This document shows, piece by piece, positions 1 to 12,717 of a stretch of DNA of 64,000 nt. Source of the DNA: Diplonema japonicum. Its lineage: Eukaryota > Protista > Euglenozoa: Diplonemea. Positions within the stretch are counted from its first letter, which is position 1. Every line of letters starts with the position of its first letter. The stretch is from NCBI GenBank assembly GCA_964019335.1, contig OZ025742.1, positions 62,001 to 126,000 of the forward strand, written 5' to 3'. Position numbers and translations under genes: made by a program. Below the pieces are notes generated by a model, which saw only the letters and a program-made list of their open reading frames with translations, searched no databases and had not been told where the DNA came from.

Positions 1-996
1 CAGAATGAAACCACGAAGCTGTCCTTACGGCTGTTGACGTTGCAGGGCATCGTTTGCGAAGGAAAGGTTCCATCGAGCTCACCGATATACGCGGAAGAAC
101 AACAACGGGTCCACAGAAATATTGTATACAAGGAAGAAGAGAAGGAGTTTCAACAGTGTATCATCTCGTCAGTACAGATCCACAAGCACGCGGCTAAAGG
201 CCGCGAGGCAATCCGGTTGGAAAGAGACCTCGCTGCATCCACAGCGCTCGCCTCGGAAGAGCGGGCACAACGTAGCGTGGTGGTGGCAGAAGAGAGCTGC
301 GGCCAAGACAAACTCTGGATGTCGTGGGACTTATATACGAAAAACACCACACAGGCACTGCTTTGGAGGGTTTTAAAATCAGAAGCGTCTGCAAGAGTCG
401 ACATCGAGGCTCAGGAGACAGACAGCTTCGAACAAATTCAAATTGATTCCCCGGCCATCGCACATCTGAACAAGCTGCTTCGCGCAATGACCCTCACAGA
501 ATTACTAGAACATTCTGAACACGGCTGCCGGCGATCTTCATTGACAGAAGCAAAGCTTGAATTCGACATAATTGAACGCAAATACTCGCAATATTCCAGC
601 TGGCGGCGAATCCTAATCGATGAAGCACTCCGCCGCGACCTCGCTGTCCAGGAAGAAGCGGTGGAATTCACAAAGCTACGAATACTGTCTGCCGACAGCT
701 ATGCTTCCGCGGAGCGCGACGAAAAGACGGAGCTGGAAGACATCTGGGGGGTGCTGTCGGAAATACCTTCGGACAACCACTGCGAATCGCTCCCCGAAAA
801 AGAGGCGGACACGGAACAAAAAATACAAGAAGAAGAGGAACCCGAGGTACCCCAAGAAGAACTGCCCCAAGAAACAAACACCGCTTCTTGGGAGCGTTTT
901 TCCACCGCCGCCAACGCCGCAGCTCCTTTCTACACAATCGACGATGGCGATGACGCTGTTGAGGAGAGACCTGATCCGTGGTCCAAGCTTGCTTAA
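1..996 (+). CDS. Hypothetical coiled-coil/acidic protein, 5' truncated by window edge
   Basis: Frame 1 is open from base 1 to TAA at 994-996. E/R-rich helical repeats (E..R..I...E) and an acidic C-terminus; followed by a C-tract/T-tract spacer like other genes here. Confidence 0.75.
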   Translation, partial: QNETTKLSLRLLTLQGIVCEGKVPSSSPIYAEEQQRVHRNIVYKEEEKEFQQCIISSVQIHKHAAKGREAIRLERDLAASTALASEERAQRSVVVAEESCGQDKLWMSWDLYTKNTTQALLWRVLKSEASARVDIEAQETDSFEQIQIDSPAIAHLNKLLRAMTLTELLEHSEHGCRRSSLTEAKLEFDIIERKYSQYSSWRRILIDEALRRDLAVQEEAVEFTKLRILSADSYASAERDEKTELEDIWGVLSEIPSDNHCESLPEKEADTEQKIQEEEEPEVPQEELPQETNTASWERFSTAANAAAPFYTIDDGDDAVEERPDPWSKLA

Positions 997-1182
997 AATC
1001 TTTTTATAAAGGCCCCCCCCCCCCCCCCCCCCCCACGCACACACAGTAGTTTTTCTAAACACTCGGTTTTTTCTGTTTTGTTTCTTTTTCTATTTTTTTT
1101 TTTTTCCCGTACCCCCGAGTTTTTCAAAAGAAACCAAACCAACAGGTCATCAAAGAAAGGGGGAATTAAGAAAGAACAAAAA

Positions 1183-2983
1183 ATGACGGAAGAGGCAGCA
1201 CCTTTAGAAAACTGGACCGAGGAGGTTGGAGAGGAGAAGCCCCAGGGGAAAGGAAAGGGGAGGGGAAAGAAGGGCTCCGGGAAGGGCGGCAAGGGAGGGA
1301 AGAAGGGCGGCAAGAAGGGTGGTTACGACGGGCCGAGGAGGCCAAGGAGGTTTGTGGTGGATCATGAGTTGGAGAAGGAGACCCGGAGTGTGGAGGAGCT
1401 GAACGAGGAGCTGGCGAAGCTGCAGGGCGAAGTGGAGGGCTTCAAGAGCAAGGCGGGCGAGCTCAAGGAAGCGAAGAAGCAGCAGGACGACGAGGAGAAG
1501 GACCGACAGATCGGGGAAGTACGCGAGCAGATTGCCGCCAAAAAGGTGGAAAAGAAAGCAATTGACAACACCATGAGCAAAATTCAAGAAGAATTTAACG
1601 TTTTCCAAGTCAAACTCGACGAAATCTACAACGAGAAGAAGGCCTACATGGCAGAGAAGACCCGGAGAAAGAAGGAGAACAATGTCAACTACTCGGAAGA
1701 GGACGTCGCAGAGGCGATCAGAAAGGTTGAGGAGAAGCACGAGACCTGCGGGGGGCTGTCCTCCAGGTCCGAGAGAAACTTCATGACCCAGCTCCGCAAG
1801 CTCGAACAGGTGAAGGCCACCCTCAAGGACCTCAAGAAGTACGACCTCGCTGCTGCTGAGAAGGACAAGGCCGCAAAGGTACAACAAAAAAAAACAAAAA
1901 AAAAAAAAAATACCCAGGAACTGAAGGCGATGATGAAGCCCATCAACGCCGACAGGGATGAGAGAAAAGAGGAGCTGAAGCAGGTGAACATCGCCATCAG
2001 CAAGCTGAACAAGAAGGTAAAAAAAAAAAAAAGAAAAAAAGAAATATTCCCAACACAAACAGATTGACAGCCTGAAGGGTGGCAACCAATCTGAAATCGA
2101 CGGCGCAGAGAGGCAGGCGGAGAGGCTTATGAAGCAGGTGAGGGCTCTTAAGAACAAGATCGCGTACAAGGAGGGCAAGGTGCAGCACGCAGAGGACATG
2201 GCAAAGTACGACGAAGACGAGAAGAAGTACAAGGAGGACCAGGAGAAGAAAAGGGCAGAGGAGGAGGAAAACAGAAAGAGAACCGACGAGGACTACAGGG
2301 TGAGAAAGGAGAGGGAGAAGGCGAGGGACGAGGAGAGGGCCGTCATCAACGCTGAGATCGCGGAACTGAAGAAGCTGGACCCTTGGAAGGACGAGAAGAC
2401 TCTATGCGAGAATCTTCTCGCCTACTGTGAAAAGCTGGTAGGGAAGGGCCAGAAGACCGAAAAGTCAGCGAAGATCTCCGAAAAAGAAAAAATGGACGAA
2501 GCGCTTAAAAAAATCCAGGAACAGACAAAGGGCTTCACCGTCCTTGGGAAAAGCGATAAGGACGACGAATGGGTCATGAACATCAAGAAGAAGCCTGCCG
2601 CAGCGAAGCCTGTCTCTGTTACCGCCTCCCTTGATGCTAGGAAGACCAAGAAGCCCGTCCCTGAGGAACCCAAGGAGAAGGAGGTCAAATCTGCGGCCAT
2701 CAGCCACCCCTTCGAGAAATTCCGTTGTTTTGACGATATTAAAATTGACACTCCCATGACCACTGCTGAGGTGCACAAGGCCATCGAACAACTGCAGAAA
2801 CGTAAGGAGTGGACTCTCACTGCCGCCATGGATGCCACCCTTGAAGATTGGAGGACCGCACCCGTCGCACCTAAGAGGGAGAGGGAGACCAAGTCCGGTG
2901 GTAAGGGCAAAAATTCCAACGGGCCGAAGAGCGGAAAGGGCGGTAAGGGTGGAAAAGGCGGGAAAGGGTATGAAAAATTATAA
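1183..2983 (+). CDS. Bfr1/proton-pump-interactor-like coiled-coil RNA-associated protein (3 exons)
   Basis: ATG 1183 after an A-rich leader. Introns 1879-1917 (GTACAA..CAG, 39 nt, in frame) and 2017-2062 (GTAAAA..CAG, 46 nt) join ORFs 1078-2067 and 2129-2983 in frame. C-terminal motifs PWKDEKTLCENLLAYC and ISHPFEKFRCFDDIKIDTP...AIEQL resemble Bfr1-family proteins. GK-rich termini; high GC3. Confidence 0.7.
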
Positions 2984-3150
2984 TTGAAAGATTTTTTTTT
3001 TTTTTTACAGTGGCAAGAGGTCTACGAAAGAGCACTGATTTTTAAATTTTTTTTAATTTTTTTTTTGTTTGCTGGTTTCAAAAAATAGTGTCCCCTCTCT
3101 TTGGATTTCATCAATTTTTTTTTGCCGTCCTTCCTCACCCCATGGCTCAT

Positions 3151-3185
<35 letters not shown>

Positions 3186-3759
3186 TCCACTTTGCACCCT
3201 TCTCCTTTCCCCCTTCTTTTTTATTGTCTTCTTTTTTTTTGAAAAAAAAAACTTTTTAAACAAAACTCATCATTTTAAGCGAATTAAGCCAAAAGAAAAA
3301 AAAAGAAAAAAGAAGAATAAAAAACAGGTCCACTACGCTCTGTGTTTCCGGTTAATCTTTTTATTTTTATCGCCCCCCCCTTTTTTATTTTAACGCCCCC
3401 ATATCGAAAAATATTGAAGCAAAAAAAAATATCGCATCTTTTTTTTTTTTTTTTTTTTTTTTTTCAAAAGCTAAAAAAAAAACTTTTTGTTCTCACATTA
3501 CCCACCTTCCATTATCCCCAACCACCGAGGAGGGATAAAAAAAAACAATGTTACCCCTCTCAAAAAAAAAAAAAAAAAAAAAAAAAAACTATCCCATTTT
3601 TCACCCCGTTATCCCCCCCCCCCCTTTTTTTTCCTTAAACCACATACCCCACTTCCCCACCACCACCATCTCTTTTTATTTTTGAAATTTGCACTTTTTT
3701 TTTTTTTCAAAAAAAAAAAAAAATCCGCGCAAAGGGGAGGGGAACGGGAGGGGGGATAA

Positions 3760-4835
3760 ATGGATGAAAATGGGGGTGGAGGCATCCTCAATAAAGGAAG
3801 GGGTTTCTTCGCCTCCTTAAAACGAACGGACGCCGCGGTGCGAGAAGCTGACGAGGTGGTTGCAGGGATCGTGCGGTTTATAAAAACAGGCGGCTCAGAC
3901 GTGGCAGAGGGGAAGCAAACCCTGGCACTCCTCACAAAAACGGCTCGTCACGTCAATGCAAAGCACAGGGAGTACATGAGGCACAGCGAGGTGACTGAGG
4001 CAGACAAGCCCTACGTCGATGCCCTTCTTGAGATTGCAGCGTTTTTCAACAAACTTCCAACAATTCGATTCAAGAGCGAACCCGAAGCGAAACCCGGCGA
4101 AGAACTTTCCGAGATCAACCTAGAGCTCTTCCCCTCTGCTAAAACCGTTCACATCTCCGGCATCACGGTAATATACGTAAAATCTGGGGACAACATAACT
4201 TCGGTAAATGTGAACAGCGGGGCTGGTTTTGCAGAGGGTGTTTCTGTTTTCCCGAACTGTACAGAACTGGAAGCGAATGGGTGCGTTCTTCAAAACCTTA
4301 TTGACGCTGTCCGGGGACCTGTTGAGACTCTGCGGGCCATACAGTGCAATGTAGGTGAGGATTTACATTGTGTCGAAAAATACCCAGGGCTTACCACACT
4401 CGATTTGTCACAATGCGGGCTTACAGAAATACCTGAGGCTGTAAAAAACCTGAAAAACCTGACGTGTCTGACCCTTGCCGACAACTTCATCCCTGCTGTG
4501 AAACATGTTGCGCAATGCGGTTCGTTGACGTCTCTGGATCTCAGTGGGAACAAGTTGTCAGATCTTGACGGGTTGGCCATCGACGGTGCTGAGCGGTCAC
4601 CCCTTCGGTCCATCAGCTTTTCGAACAATCCGTTGACGCACTTGTCCGGGATCGGTCCGTGGCACTGCAACCTTAGCAATATTGATGGGTCTTCGTGTCA
4701 GATTAACGATTGGGGGCAGGAGGTTGCCCGGTTTGCAAGATTGCCCGTGCTCACCAACCTGGCACTGACGGGGAATCCTTGTTACCACGTCGACCCTGAT
4801 ATGGGGAAAACCGCGAGACAACTGGTATAATTTGG

Positions 4836-4873
<38 letters not shown>

Positions 4874-5793
4874 TAATCGAGCATTTATCCGACATAGACG
4901 ATCCTGTTCAATTCGTGCTGGACGGGGAGAAGTTGTCGAGAAGCGAGGTGAAAATGTGGCAAGAAATATATAAAAACACCGCAAGAGAGCCACCTGCAGC
5001 GGAATGCGACGCGGAAGAGTGGCCCATGGCGATCGGTCAGGAGGAGCCCCGCACGTTAGTACTGTCAGAAGACCCCCCACACAAATCCGGGAAAACCGTT
5101 AAGAAAAAAGTGAAAACGAAAACCGTGAAGCAGATCACTGCAAAGGCAAGGGACGACGACGACCCGACTGTGGTCAGAACGACAAAAAAAAAACTGGAAA
5201 ACAAAGCCGTTCAAGCAACCGTGCGGGCATCTGCGCAAGGCGCCCAAGCCGGCGGCTCAGATAGCGCAGACTGTTCCTCTATTTACTTTCGCATTCTTGA
5301 AAAAGTTAAGGAAAGGCTTGGGGACGACCCGCAATATAAAAACATAGACTGTACCACATACGCAAACTGGGACAACGGTGTCGGGTTGCTGGCGCTCCTC
5401 CACAGCTGCGATCCTACCTGGGTCGGGGATTTTCACAATCTATCCACAAAGAAAAACACAGAAAACCTAGCCCGCAGCTTCGAGCTTTGCAATGTTCACT
5501 TGAAAATACCTGTCCCTCCTGAGCCTGGTATAATGGGAACGCCTTCTCTTGCTGCTCCTTATATATCGTTGGTGCTCTTGTCGGTGCAGTCCTGGGAGGC
5601 GGCGCAATGCAAGAAGATGAAGCGGTTCACGGAAAGGATGGTCAGTGAAGTCAATTTATTCCGCGCGCAGCGTGTGTCGGACCGCCGCACCATCACGCAG
5701 CTGCAAAACGGCGACGATCTCATGCACACGCAGACGCAGTCTGACAGTGCAATCGATTCTGACGATGCTTCTTCTGACTATTACTCTTCATAA
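3760..5793 (+). CDS. Leucine-rich repeat protein with C-terminal calponin-homology (CH)-like domain (2 exons)
   Basis: LRR motifs LTTLDLSQCGL, LTCLTLADNFI, LTSLDLSGNKL and LRR cap LALTGNP. Intron 4825-4872 (GTATAA..(A)nAG) restores the frame into ORF 4915-5793. WDNGVGLLALLH..P...ENLARSF is CH-domain-like. Confidence 0.8.
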
Positions 5794-5934
5794 AGAAGGG
5801 TGGGGTGGGTTGTGTGTGTGCTTTTTTTTTTTTTTTTGCTTCAAAAGAAAGTTTTTTTTTTTCGGCGGTTATATAAATCCCTTCCCCTTCTTTTCCCCTT
5901 CTCTTTCCAAAAAAAAAAAAAAAAAAAAAAAAAC

Positions 5935-5965
<31 letters not shown>

Positions 5966-6120
5966 CCTGTGGTTTTTTGTCAAAAGGTTCGTACTTTTCT
6001 TTTCACCGTACTGTTTTTCGCAGCAAAAAAAAAAAAAAAAAGAAATATTAAATAAAAAAGCAGGGAGAGTGTAAATCGTATTTTTCCACACAACAAAAAA
6101 AAAAAAAAAAAAAAAAAGAA

Positions 6121-6646
6121 ATGGAGCAACCGCAGAACACAACCTTCATCCAGGATGTTATTAGTTTCATAGACCAACCGTTGTCACCAAGCTCACTGAA
6201 TAAGCTGAAGAAGAGTTGTAAAGGCCAGCCTGCATATGGAAAGGTTCAAGCGGAGGAACCGCTGGCTTTGGGGGCCCCGCCTGCAGCAGGGGGGGAGACG
6301 GCAAACAGCAGCCTTGCGTTTCTTTACCCCGTTGGGTCGGAGGTGGAAGCCCAGCACTTACACAATACAACTGAATTCAACGGCATGAGGGGGACAGTGA
6401 TGGGGCACCAGGACGGGAAGCTATTGGTGGAGTTCTTCGGGGCTGGGGGGCAGGTTTTCGACATTCCTTCCTTCAACGTAAAGCTAACGACGAGTGTTCC
6501 AGTACCAGCAGTACCAGTACCAGCACCAGCACCAGCACCACTTCCAGAAATGATCCCCGTGATGCCCCCTGCACCTCCGTTGAGCTCACAAACAGCCAAC
6601 TTGATCGAGATCAACGCATTGAAGGAGAAGCTGAGAATGTATGTTG

Positions 6647-6681
<35 letters not shown>

Positions 6682-7165
6682 ATTTTACTCAGGGCCATGT
6701 CACACGTTGAGGTTGCCAAAGACGCCGTCAGCTACGCGACTCAGCTCAACGCCCTCAGCCAAGAAGAGCTCATCAATGTCATCAGCGAAATGCAGCCGAC
6801 GCTTAGTAGACAGAATATTTCGAAAAATTGGAGGAAAATCGTGCAAATTTATATGGCGCATGCTGACAAAGTGGCGCTGGGCATGGCTGGTAGAGATATG
6901 GGTGCTCTGGCAGCGCCTATTGGCGCTTCGTCTCCTCTCCCTGTGCAGTACTCTGCCGCGTCAGGAACGGTGCCCCAGGGTTATGAAGATTTCTCCGGTC
7001 ATCTGGAGAGTGTTATTAACTTTATTGACAAACGTATGTAGCAAGAGGGATGGGAGAAAGAAAAAAAAAAAAAAACACACAGCCCTGTCACCTCGCACCC
7101 TGAAGGAAGTTCGGGCAATTCGCCACAGTTGCTCACCAAAGAGAACCAGGTCCGGATCTCCGTGA
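6121..7165 (+). CDS. Hypothetical protein with KOW/SH3-like beta motif and Pro-rich linker (3 exons)
   Basis: ATG after poly(A). Introns 6639-6692 (GTATGT..CAG) and 7034-7082 (GTATGT..CAG) give a continuous frame to TGA 7163-7165. Motif YPVGSEVEA..L....FNGMRGTV.....GKLLVEF. Confidence 0.7.
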
Positions 7166-7635
7166 GAACAAAAAAAAATAAAAAAAAAAAGAATAATTTT
7201 TTATTATACTTGTTTGTACTTCCCCCCCCCCCCCTTTTTTCTGCTCTCCCTCCTTCCCTGAGGTTTTTTTTTGAATTTTGAATTTTGTATGTATACCCAT
7301 CCCCTCCCTATTTTTTTTTTTTTGCTTTCATAAGAATGCCTGGTCCTTCTTTTTTGTTTTGACAAGTTTTTTTTTTAACCCCTCCCCATCCTCTTTTGTT
7401 TTTTACCCCCCCCCCCCCGCAACGCTTTTTTTTGCCTCTGCTATTTTACTTCCCCCCCTTCACTTTTTTATTTCCCCCCCAACAAAAAAAATCCTTATAA
7501 AAAAAAACACAAAAAAAATTTTTTTTTTTTTTTCCTTTTCCAAGTTTTTTTCATAATAATAATAATAAAAAAAAAAGGGGGAGCCGGGGAAAAAAAAAAA
7601 AAAAGAAAAAAGAAAAAAAAAAAGAAAAAAAAAAA

Positions 7636-8486
7636 ATGTCACGCCCGGAACATATAGCTCCCCCCGAGATAATATACAATGAGGAAGGCGCCACAAAGTA
7701 CATGAGAAATTCGCGGATGAAGACGATACAGACGAAGCTCTCTATGCGGGCTATTGAGCTGGCGAGGCTACCAGAGGATGAGAGCTGCCTGATGCTAGAT
7801 ATAGGCTGCGGGGCTGGTCTCTCTGGCGGGGCCTTGGAGGCAATGGGCCACCGATTTATCGGAACAGACATCAGCAAGGACATGATCAACTGTGCAATTC
7901 AAGAGGACGTCGATGGGGACATGCTGCAACACGACATGGGGACTGGCTTGCCCTTCAGGCCCGGTTCTTTTGACGGTGCCATCTCCATCTCAGCCATACA
8001 GTGGCTTTGCAACGCTGATCGATCCAACCACATCCCGAAGAGAAGATTGAAATGTTTTTTTTCCTCTCTGTACAAGGTCCTGCGGCGCGGCGCTCGTGCT
8101 GTGCTTCAATACTACCCTGAGAGCAAGCACCAGTCCAATCTTATTGTTCATTTCGCGACGAAGGCTGGGTTTTCAGGCGGTTTGGTAGTTGACTACCCTC
8201 ACTCCACGCGTGCCAAAAAGTATTTTCTCGTCCTTTTTGCCGGGCCGCAGAGTGACTACATCCCCAAAGCCAAGCTAGGCGACCCAAATGACAGTGATGA
8301 TGAATTTATGTCTGATGAGGAGGATGAAGAAGATGAAGAAGACGAGGAGGACTCTGAGTACGAGGGGATGTCTCCATCTGTTGCGGAAACGGCCAAGACC
8401 GTGGATTTCAACAACAAAAAGAGAAAGGTGCGGCTTTCAGAGACGGCAAAACGTGGGAAAATCAGAGGGGTATGAACGGAGGGAGG

Positions 8487-8518
<32 letters not shown>

Positions 8519-8584
8519 GCAGAAAAGACGGAAGGTCGAGAAGTATACGAAGGAATGGATTGTCGGCAAGAAGGTATGTAAACA

Positions 8585-8619
<35 letters not shown>

Positions 8620-8696
8620 TCCAACAAGAGAAAAAAGGTCTCAAAACACGCCCGAACACAAAATACACCGGGAGGAGGAGAGGACCCAAATTCTAG
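7636..8696 (+). CDS. BUD23: 18S rRNA m7G methyltransferase Bud23/WBSCR22 (3 exons)
   Basis: N-terminus MSRPEHIAPPE, SAM motif LDIGCGAGLSG, ISISAIQWLCNA and FSGGLVVDYPHS. Introns 8470-8522 and 8574-8618 restore the conserved C-terminus KEWIVGKK...TKYTGRRRGPKF. Confidence 0.95.
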
Positions 8697-8927
8697 GTTT
8701 TTCATTTTTTTTTATATTTTTTATATTTTTTTATATTTTTTTTTATCCTTCTCTTTCTTTCTTTCTTTCTTTCTTTTTTTTTTTCCAGCGTCATTTACTT
8801 CTTTTTTTCGTCCCCCCCCCTCTACATCATTTACGACCCCCCTCCTTTCCCTCTTCAAGACGACAAACAACAAAAGCAACAACAGGAAGGGGAAAAAAAA
8901 AGGAAACAAAAAGAGAGAAAAAAAGCT

Positions 8928-8928
8928 C

Positions 8929-9001
<73 letters not shown>
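8928..9001. repeat. (CA)n-(TA)n compound microsatellite
   Basis: A CA run followed by a long perfect TA run directly upstream of the 9046 gene. Confidence 0.95.
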
Positions 9002-9005
<4 letters not shown>

Positions 9006-9045
9006 GCTGGAGGTAAGCGCACCCCGTACCCACCATAGAAACGCA

Positions 9046-10119
9046 ATGCTGCAAACAGTCACATCGCTGGAGTTATGCGCGATGGCCGCGCTCCAACGAG
9101 CAGAAGGGCAACGACAGTGCGGCCACGTCCTCCTGCTACTGGGGGAGGATAACACCCTGGAGGACGGGGACGAAGACCACGATGACGAGGAAGCCGGGGA
9201 AGAGCTCCGAGAACGCCTGGAAACCGATTTAGGATGCTGCGGGAAAATGCCAGATCTGACCATAGACCAAACCACAGAAGTAAGAGAGGTGGCCAACTGG
9301 CTCTACGCCGCTGACTTAGGCAACAGCACCTATGACGAGGCCCCTGCCAACGCTGTACATCCTAAACGACGATTAGCGTTTCTTCACAACATCCACCACG
9401 CGAACGAAGAACTTCAGGCAAACCTCACAAACTGTTTGCAATACAACAGCCTGTACGGGGTGGGGGAAAAAACCCTGCAGTGCACAACCGTCATCGCCAC
9501 CTGTTTGGATTCCCGGCTCACTGACCTGCGGCATTCTCTACGCGAACGGTTTCTGTTCTCTGTGAGGTTAAACAGCAAAACCCAGTACCAGGAAAAGCTC
9601 TCTTTCCACATAGTAGGGATGTTGAAAGGAGACCCGCTAACAACCGCCGAGAAGATTTTTGACCCGACGGACGGTGTGTTCATAGCAACACTGCCTTACA
9701 GGTACCTTCTTTCGTGTATAGCTAGGTGTAGGGAACATCCTGATGTAGGAGTGATGCCGCCTTCACATCATCTTGTTCCTAGTGCGGTGGCGGCTGTGAA
9801 GATATATGCAGCGACGCGAACGCCGCCTCGGGATTTTGTAACACCTGAGGACATCAGAGCGGTGTTGCCTCACCTTCTCACCCACCGCACGCAGCTGATC
9901 CCCGCCTTGGATCTGCAGGACAGCGTGCCTTCTCTAGCGCCGCCGTCGAGGCGGAAGAAGGACCATCCGTGGAGCCAGCGTATCTATGAGGATTACACTC
10001 ACGGGGTGTGTCTTTCCCTGGACGAAAGGCGGCGCAAAACACCGTTCTCAGCTTCCGTGGGGAACAGTGCTTGGGGCTTGGTCACCAGGTTGATCGCAAA
10101 GATACCTGTTCCACAATGA
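9046..10119 (+). CDS. Degenerate MoxR/Mg-chelatase-like AAA+ protein (probable pseudo-ATPase)
   Basis: GHVLLL start of the P-loop strand, LRERFLF Arg-finger region, and lid motif [20 protein letters not shown] typical of MoxR-type AAA lids. Walker A and B residues are absent. Confidence 0.6.
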   Translation: MLQTVTSLELCAMAALQRAEGQRQCGHVLLLLGEDNTLEDGDEDHDDEEAGEELRERLETDLGCCGKMPDLTIDQTTEVREVANWLYAADLGNSTYDEAPANAVHPKRRLAFLHNIHHANEELQANLTNCLQYNSLYGVGEKTLQCTTVIATCLDSRLTDLRHSLRERFLFSVRLNSKTQYQEKLSFHIVGMLKGDPLTTAEKIFDPTDGVFIATLPYRYLLSCIARCREHPDVGVMPPSHHLVPSAVAAVKIYAATRTPPRDFVTPEDIRAVLPHLLTHRTQLIPALDLQDSVPSLAPPSRRKKDHPWSQRIYEDYTHGVCLSLDERRRKTPFSASVGNSAWGLVTRLIAKIPVPQ

Positions 10120-10396
10120 TATTTTAAAATAAAAATAAAAAAGAATAAATATTTTATAGTCCCCCCCCCCCCCTCCCTTTTTTTGCACGAACAAAAAAAA
10201 AAAGAACAAAAAAAGAAGAAGAAGAAAAAAAAAACAATTGTTTGTGCTAAAGAGAGCTATTGTTGTTTTTGCGGGTTTGCAAACAACAATCAGATGCGGG
10301 GGGGGGGGGGGTATTTACGTATGGCAAAAGCTGGTTTTCTTCTTCTTGTTTTAACAAAAGAAAAAAAGGGGAGGGGGGGGGGGGGGGGGAGAAGGG

Positions 10397-12262
10397 ATGC
10401 AGAATGTACTATCGTTCGATTCTTCGCTAGTTGAGGAAGATGTTCAACAGATTAACAGGAGAGATTCTTCGTCAATGCAGGGGTCGCTGCGCTCGAATCT
10501 GCTATCACCAAGCTCGCCAAGGTCGGGGGTCAAGAAGACCGTATCGATTAACACAGGCGAGAAAAAACTGCCCGTGCAGCTACAAAGTACTGAAAAACCT
10601 CCAAAAGAAAGGGTGGATGCGATCATGGCTGACGTGGACGAAATGTGCAGCACCATGATCGAGGCCAGTGATCTGTACGTGAAAGTGATGTCAAAGGTTG
10701 AGAGACGTAAAAAACGAGGGGAGGTAGCGTTACCCCCGACACCAAACTCTAAGGCCGCAACGCAACATTTCTACATCATTGAGGAGCTGAACGATAACCT
10801 CCCCATGGAATATGACTTCTGCAGAACTACTGATGCTCTGTCAGAGTATGTGATCTCCCCAGCACGTTATCCTGTACGCGTAACCCACGTCCTGGTTTGC
10901 CTATCAGTTGCTGTGACTTACATAGATCTAACCTTGTTCTGGTCGCAGAAGTCATGGCACTCTGAAGGTTACAACGATGACGTGCAATATTTATTAGTAG
11001 GGCTATCGTGCTTCGAGACATTTTTGTACTCTCTGGAAATGTATTTTTTTTCCAAACTGGTTCAAAACTCGCCGAGCAGAGGGTTCATCGACGACATAAG
11101 TGAGATACGCTGGAGGTACTTGAAGTCTGCTTTGTTTCCGATCGATGTCTGCTCGGCCTTCCCCATAGATCTCATCCTGCTCATGGCATCAGGGAGACAA
11201 ATGTTCTATGCGATACGCGTGTTGCGTTTTTTGAAAGTGTGCAAGATACCGTATTTGTTCTCAAACCCGTCGCCCTTGCAGGAGAAGGAGAAAGTGCACA
11301 AAGTGTTCATCTTCACGTTGGCCATGATCTGCATTTTCCAAACGTTTTCTGTGTTCTGGCTTCTCGCGATGGGGTCGGATGACACGTTTCACCCAGACAG
11401 AACACCAATAGAACAGCACATTATCGCGGTCTATTTCGTGGTGACAACGCTAACCTCTGTAGGATACGGCGACGAAGGCCCGGTCAGCCACAATACTATA
11501 TGGCTCGCCCTTTCCATACAAATTGCAGGATTCTTTCTCTCCTTGTACGTCTCCGCGGTGGGGTGTATTTTTATACTGGACACGGATCCCTTCACGATGC
11601 GGGCAAAGCAACGGTGCGAGCGGCTGTCCAGCCTCATGGACAACGCTGGGATACCATGGAACCTGCAAACGCAGTGTTTTGTGTTGCTTCCCACATTGAT
11701 AGAGTCCAGCAACGACGCAGAAGCCATTTTGAGCATGCTGCCCTCATACATGACACGGCAGATACAGTGCATTGTGAAGAGCAGGTTGGTCAAAGGCATA
11801 CCGTTGTTTCGTAACCTGTCAGAGTCGACAATGAAGGTCATTATAGGCTCTCTTAAGCGGGGTATGGTGGCTTCTGGTACTACAATTATTGAAATCGGTG
11901 ATGAGCCATCGACGTTGTACCTTCTCTCTCGAGGGTGTGCGGAGGCGTTCATCCCTCACCCTTCCATCCCAGATGAGTCGCTGCACGTCGCAACACTTCG
12001 CCCCGGCACCTATTTTGGAGAGATCGGGATTGTTTTTGAAACGACGGCGGTTGCTCACGTTCGGGCAACCACCTTGTGTGAGTTTTACCTCTTGGACAAG
12101 GCGGTGTTTGCGAAGGTTATTGAGACGCACCCTGACATCCGGGCTTCCATAAACAAGGAGGCCGCGAAGCGGGTTAAGTCCGTCGACAGAGATTTCAACA
12201 TACCCCAGTACGCCAATATAGGCGGTTGTGCGAAAAACACCATGTTTTCAAGACAGGGATGA
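10397..12262 (+). CDS. Cyclic-nucleotide-regulated K+ channel (KCNH/CNG-like, 6TM + cNMP-binding domain)
   Basis: S4 IRVLRFLKV, pore TTLTSVGYGD, cNMP-binding motif GTYFGEIGIV...AHVRATT. Confidence 0.9.
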   Translation: MQNVLSFDSSLVEEDVQQINRRDSSSMQGSLRSNLLSPSSPRSGVKKTVSINTGEKKLPVQLQSTEKPPKERVDAIMADVDEMCSTMIEASDLYVKVMSKVERRKKRGEVALPPTPNSKAATQHFYIIEELNDNLPMEYDFCRTTDALSEYVISPARYPVRVTHVLVCLSVAVTYIDLTLFWSQKSWHSEGYNDDVQYLLVGLSCFETFLYSLEMYFFSKLVQNSPSRGFIDDISEIRWRYLKSALFPIDVCSAFPIDLILLMASGRQMFYAIRVLRFLKVCKIPYLFSNPSPLQEKEKVHKVFIFTLAMICIFQTFSVFWLLAMGSDDTFHPDRTPIEQHIIAVYFVVTTLTSVGYGDEGPVSHNTIWLALSIQIAGFFLSLYVSAVGCIFILDTDPFTMRAKQRCERLSSLMDNAGIPWNLQTQCFVLLPTLIESSNDAEAILSMLPSYMTRQIQCIVKSRLVKGIPLFRNLSESTMKVIIGSLKRGMVASGTTIIEIGDEPSTLYLLSRGCAEAFIPHPSIPDESLHVATLRPGTYFGEIGIVFETTAVAHVRATTLCEFYLLDKAVFAKVIETHPDIRASINKEAAKRVKSVDRDFNIPQYANIGGCAKNTMFSRQG

Positions 12263-12391
12263 CGGGGGGGTTCTTTACTTCATTTACATGGAGATATTCA
12301 TTTTTTTTTTTTTGTTTTCGTTTTTCGTTTTTTTTTTTGTTTTTTTTTTGTTTTGGTATTACAAGAGGAACGGTGAACGTAATCAAACTCG

Positions 12392-12426
<35 letters not shown>

Positions 12427-12717
12427 GACTGAGAGAAGATTACCGGAAAGAAAGGATTGGAAGATATAAACGACAGCTAGGCACTACGGTGGGTAGCGGG
12501 GAACGACCCCAAAAGGGGAGCATCATAAGGGTAGGCACGCCGGCGGGCCGTTGCTAACCACTTCGTTCCTATCATAGTGAATTTTTTTTCTTCTTCTTTC
12601 TTTTTGACAAAAAAAAAAAGAATTCTCAGGGAAGGGGTGGGGGGAGAGAGAGAACGGAGTAAAACAACAACAAAAAAAAAAAAAAATTACACACTAACAA
12701 TAAAAAAAAAAAAAAAA

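Noticed and set aside
9013-9038. GTAAGC...TAG possible 5' UTR intron
   Set aside because: 26 nt is well below the 39-54 nt range seen, and no upstream exon needs it.
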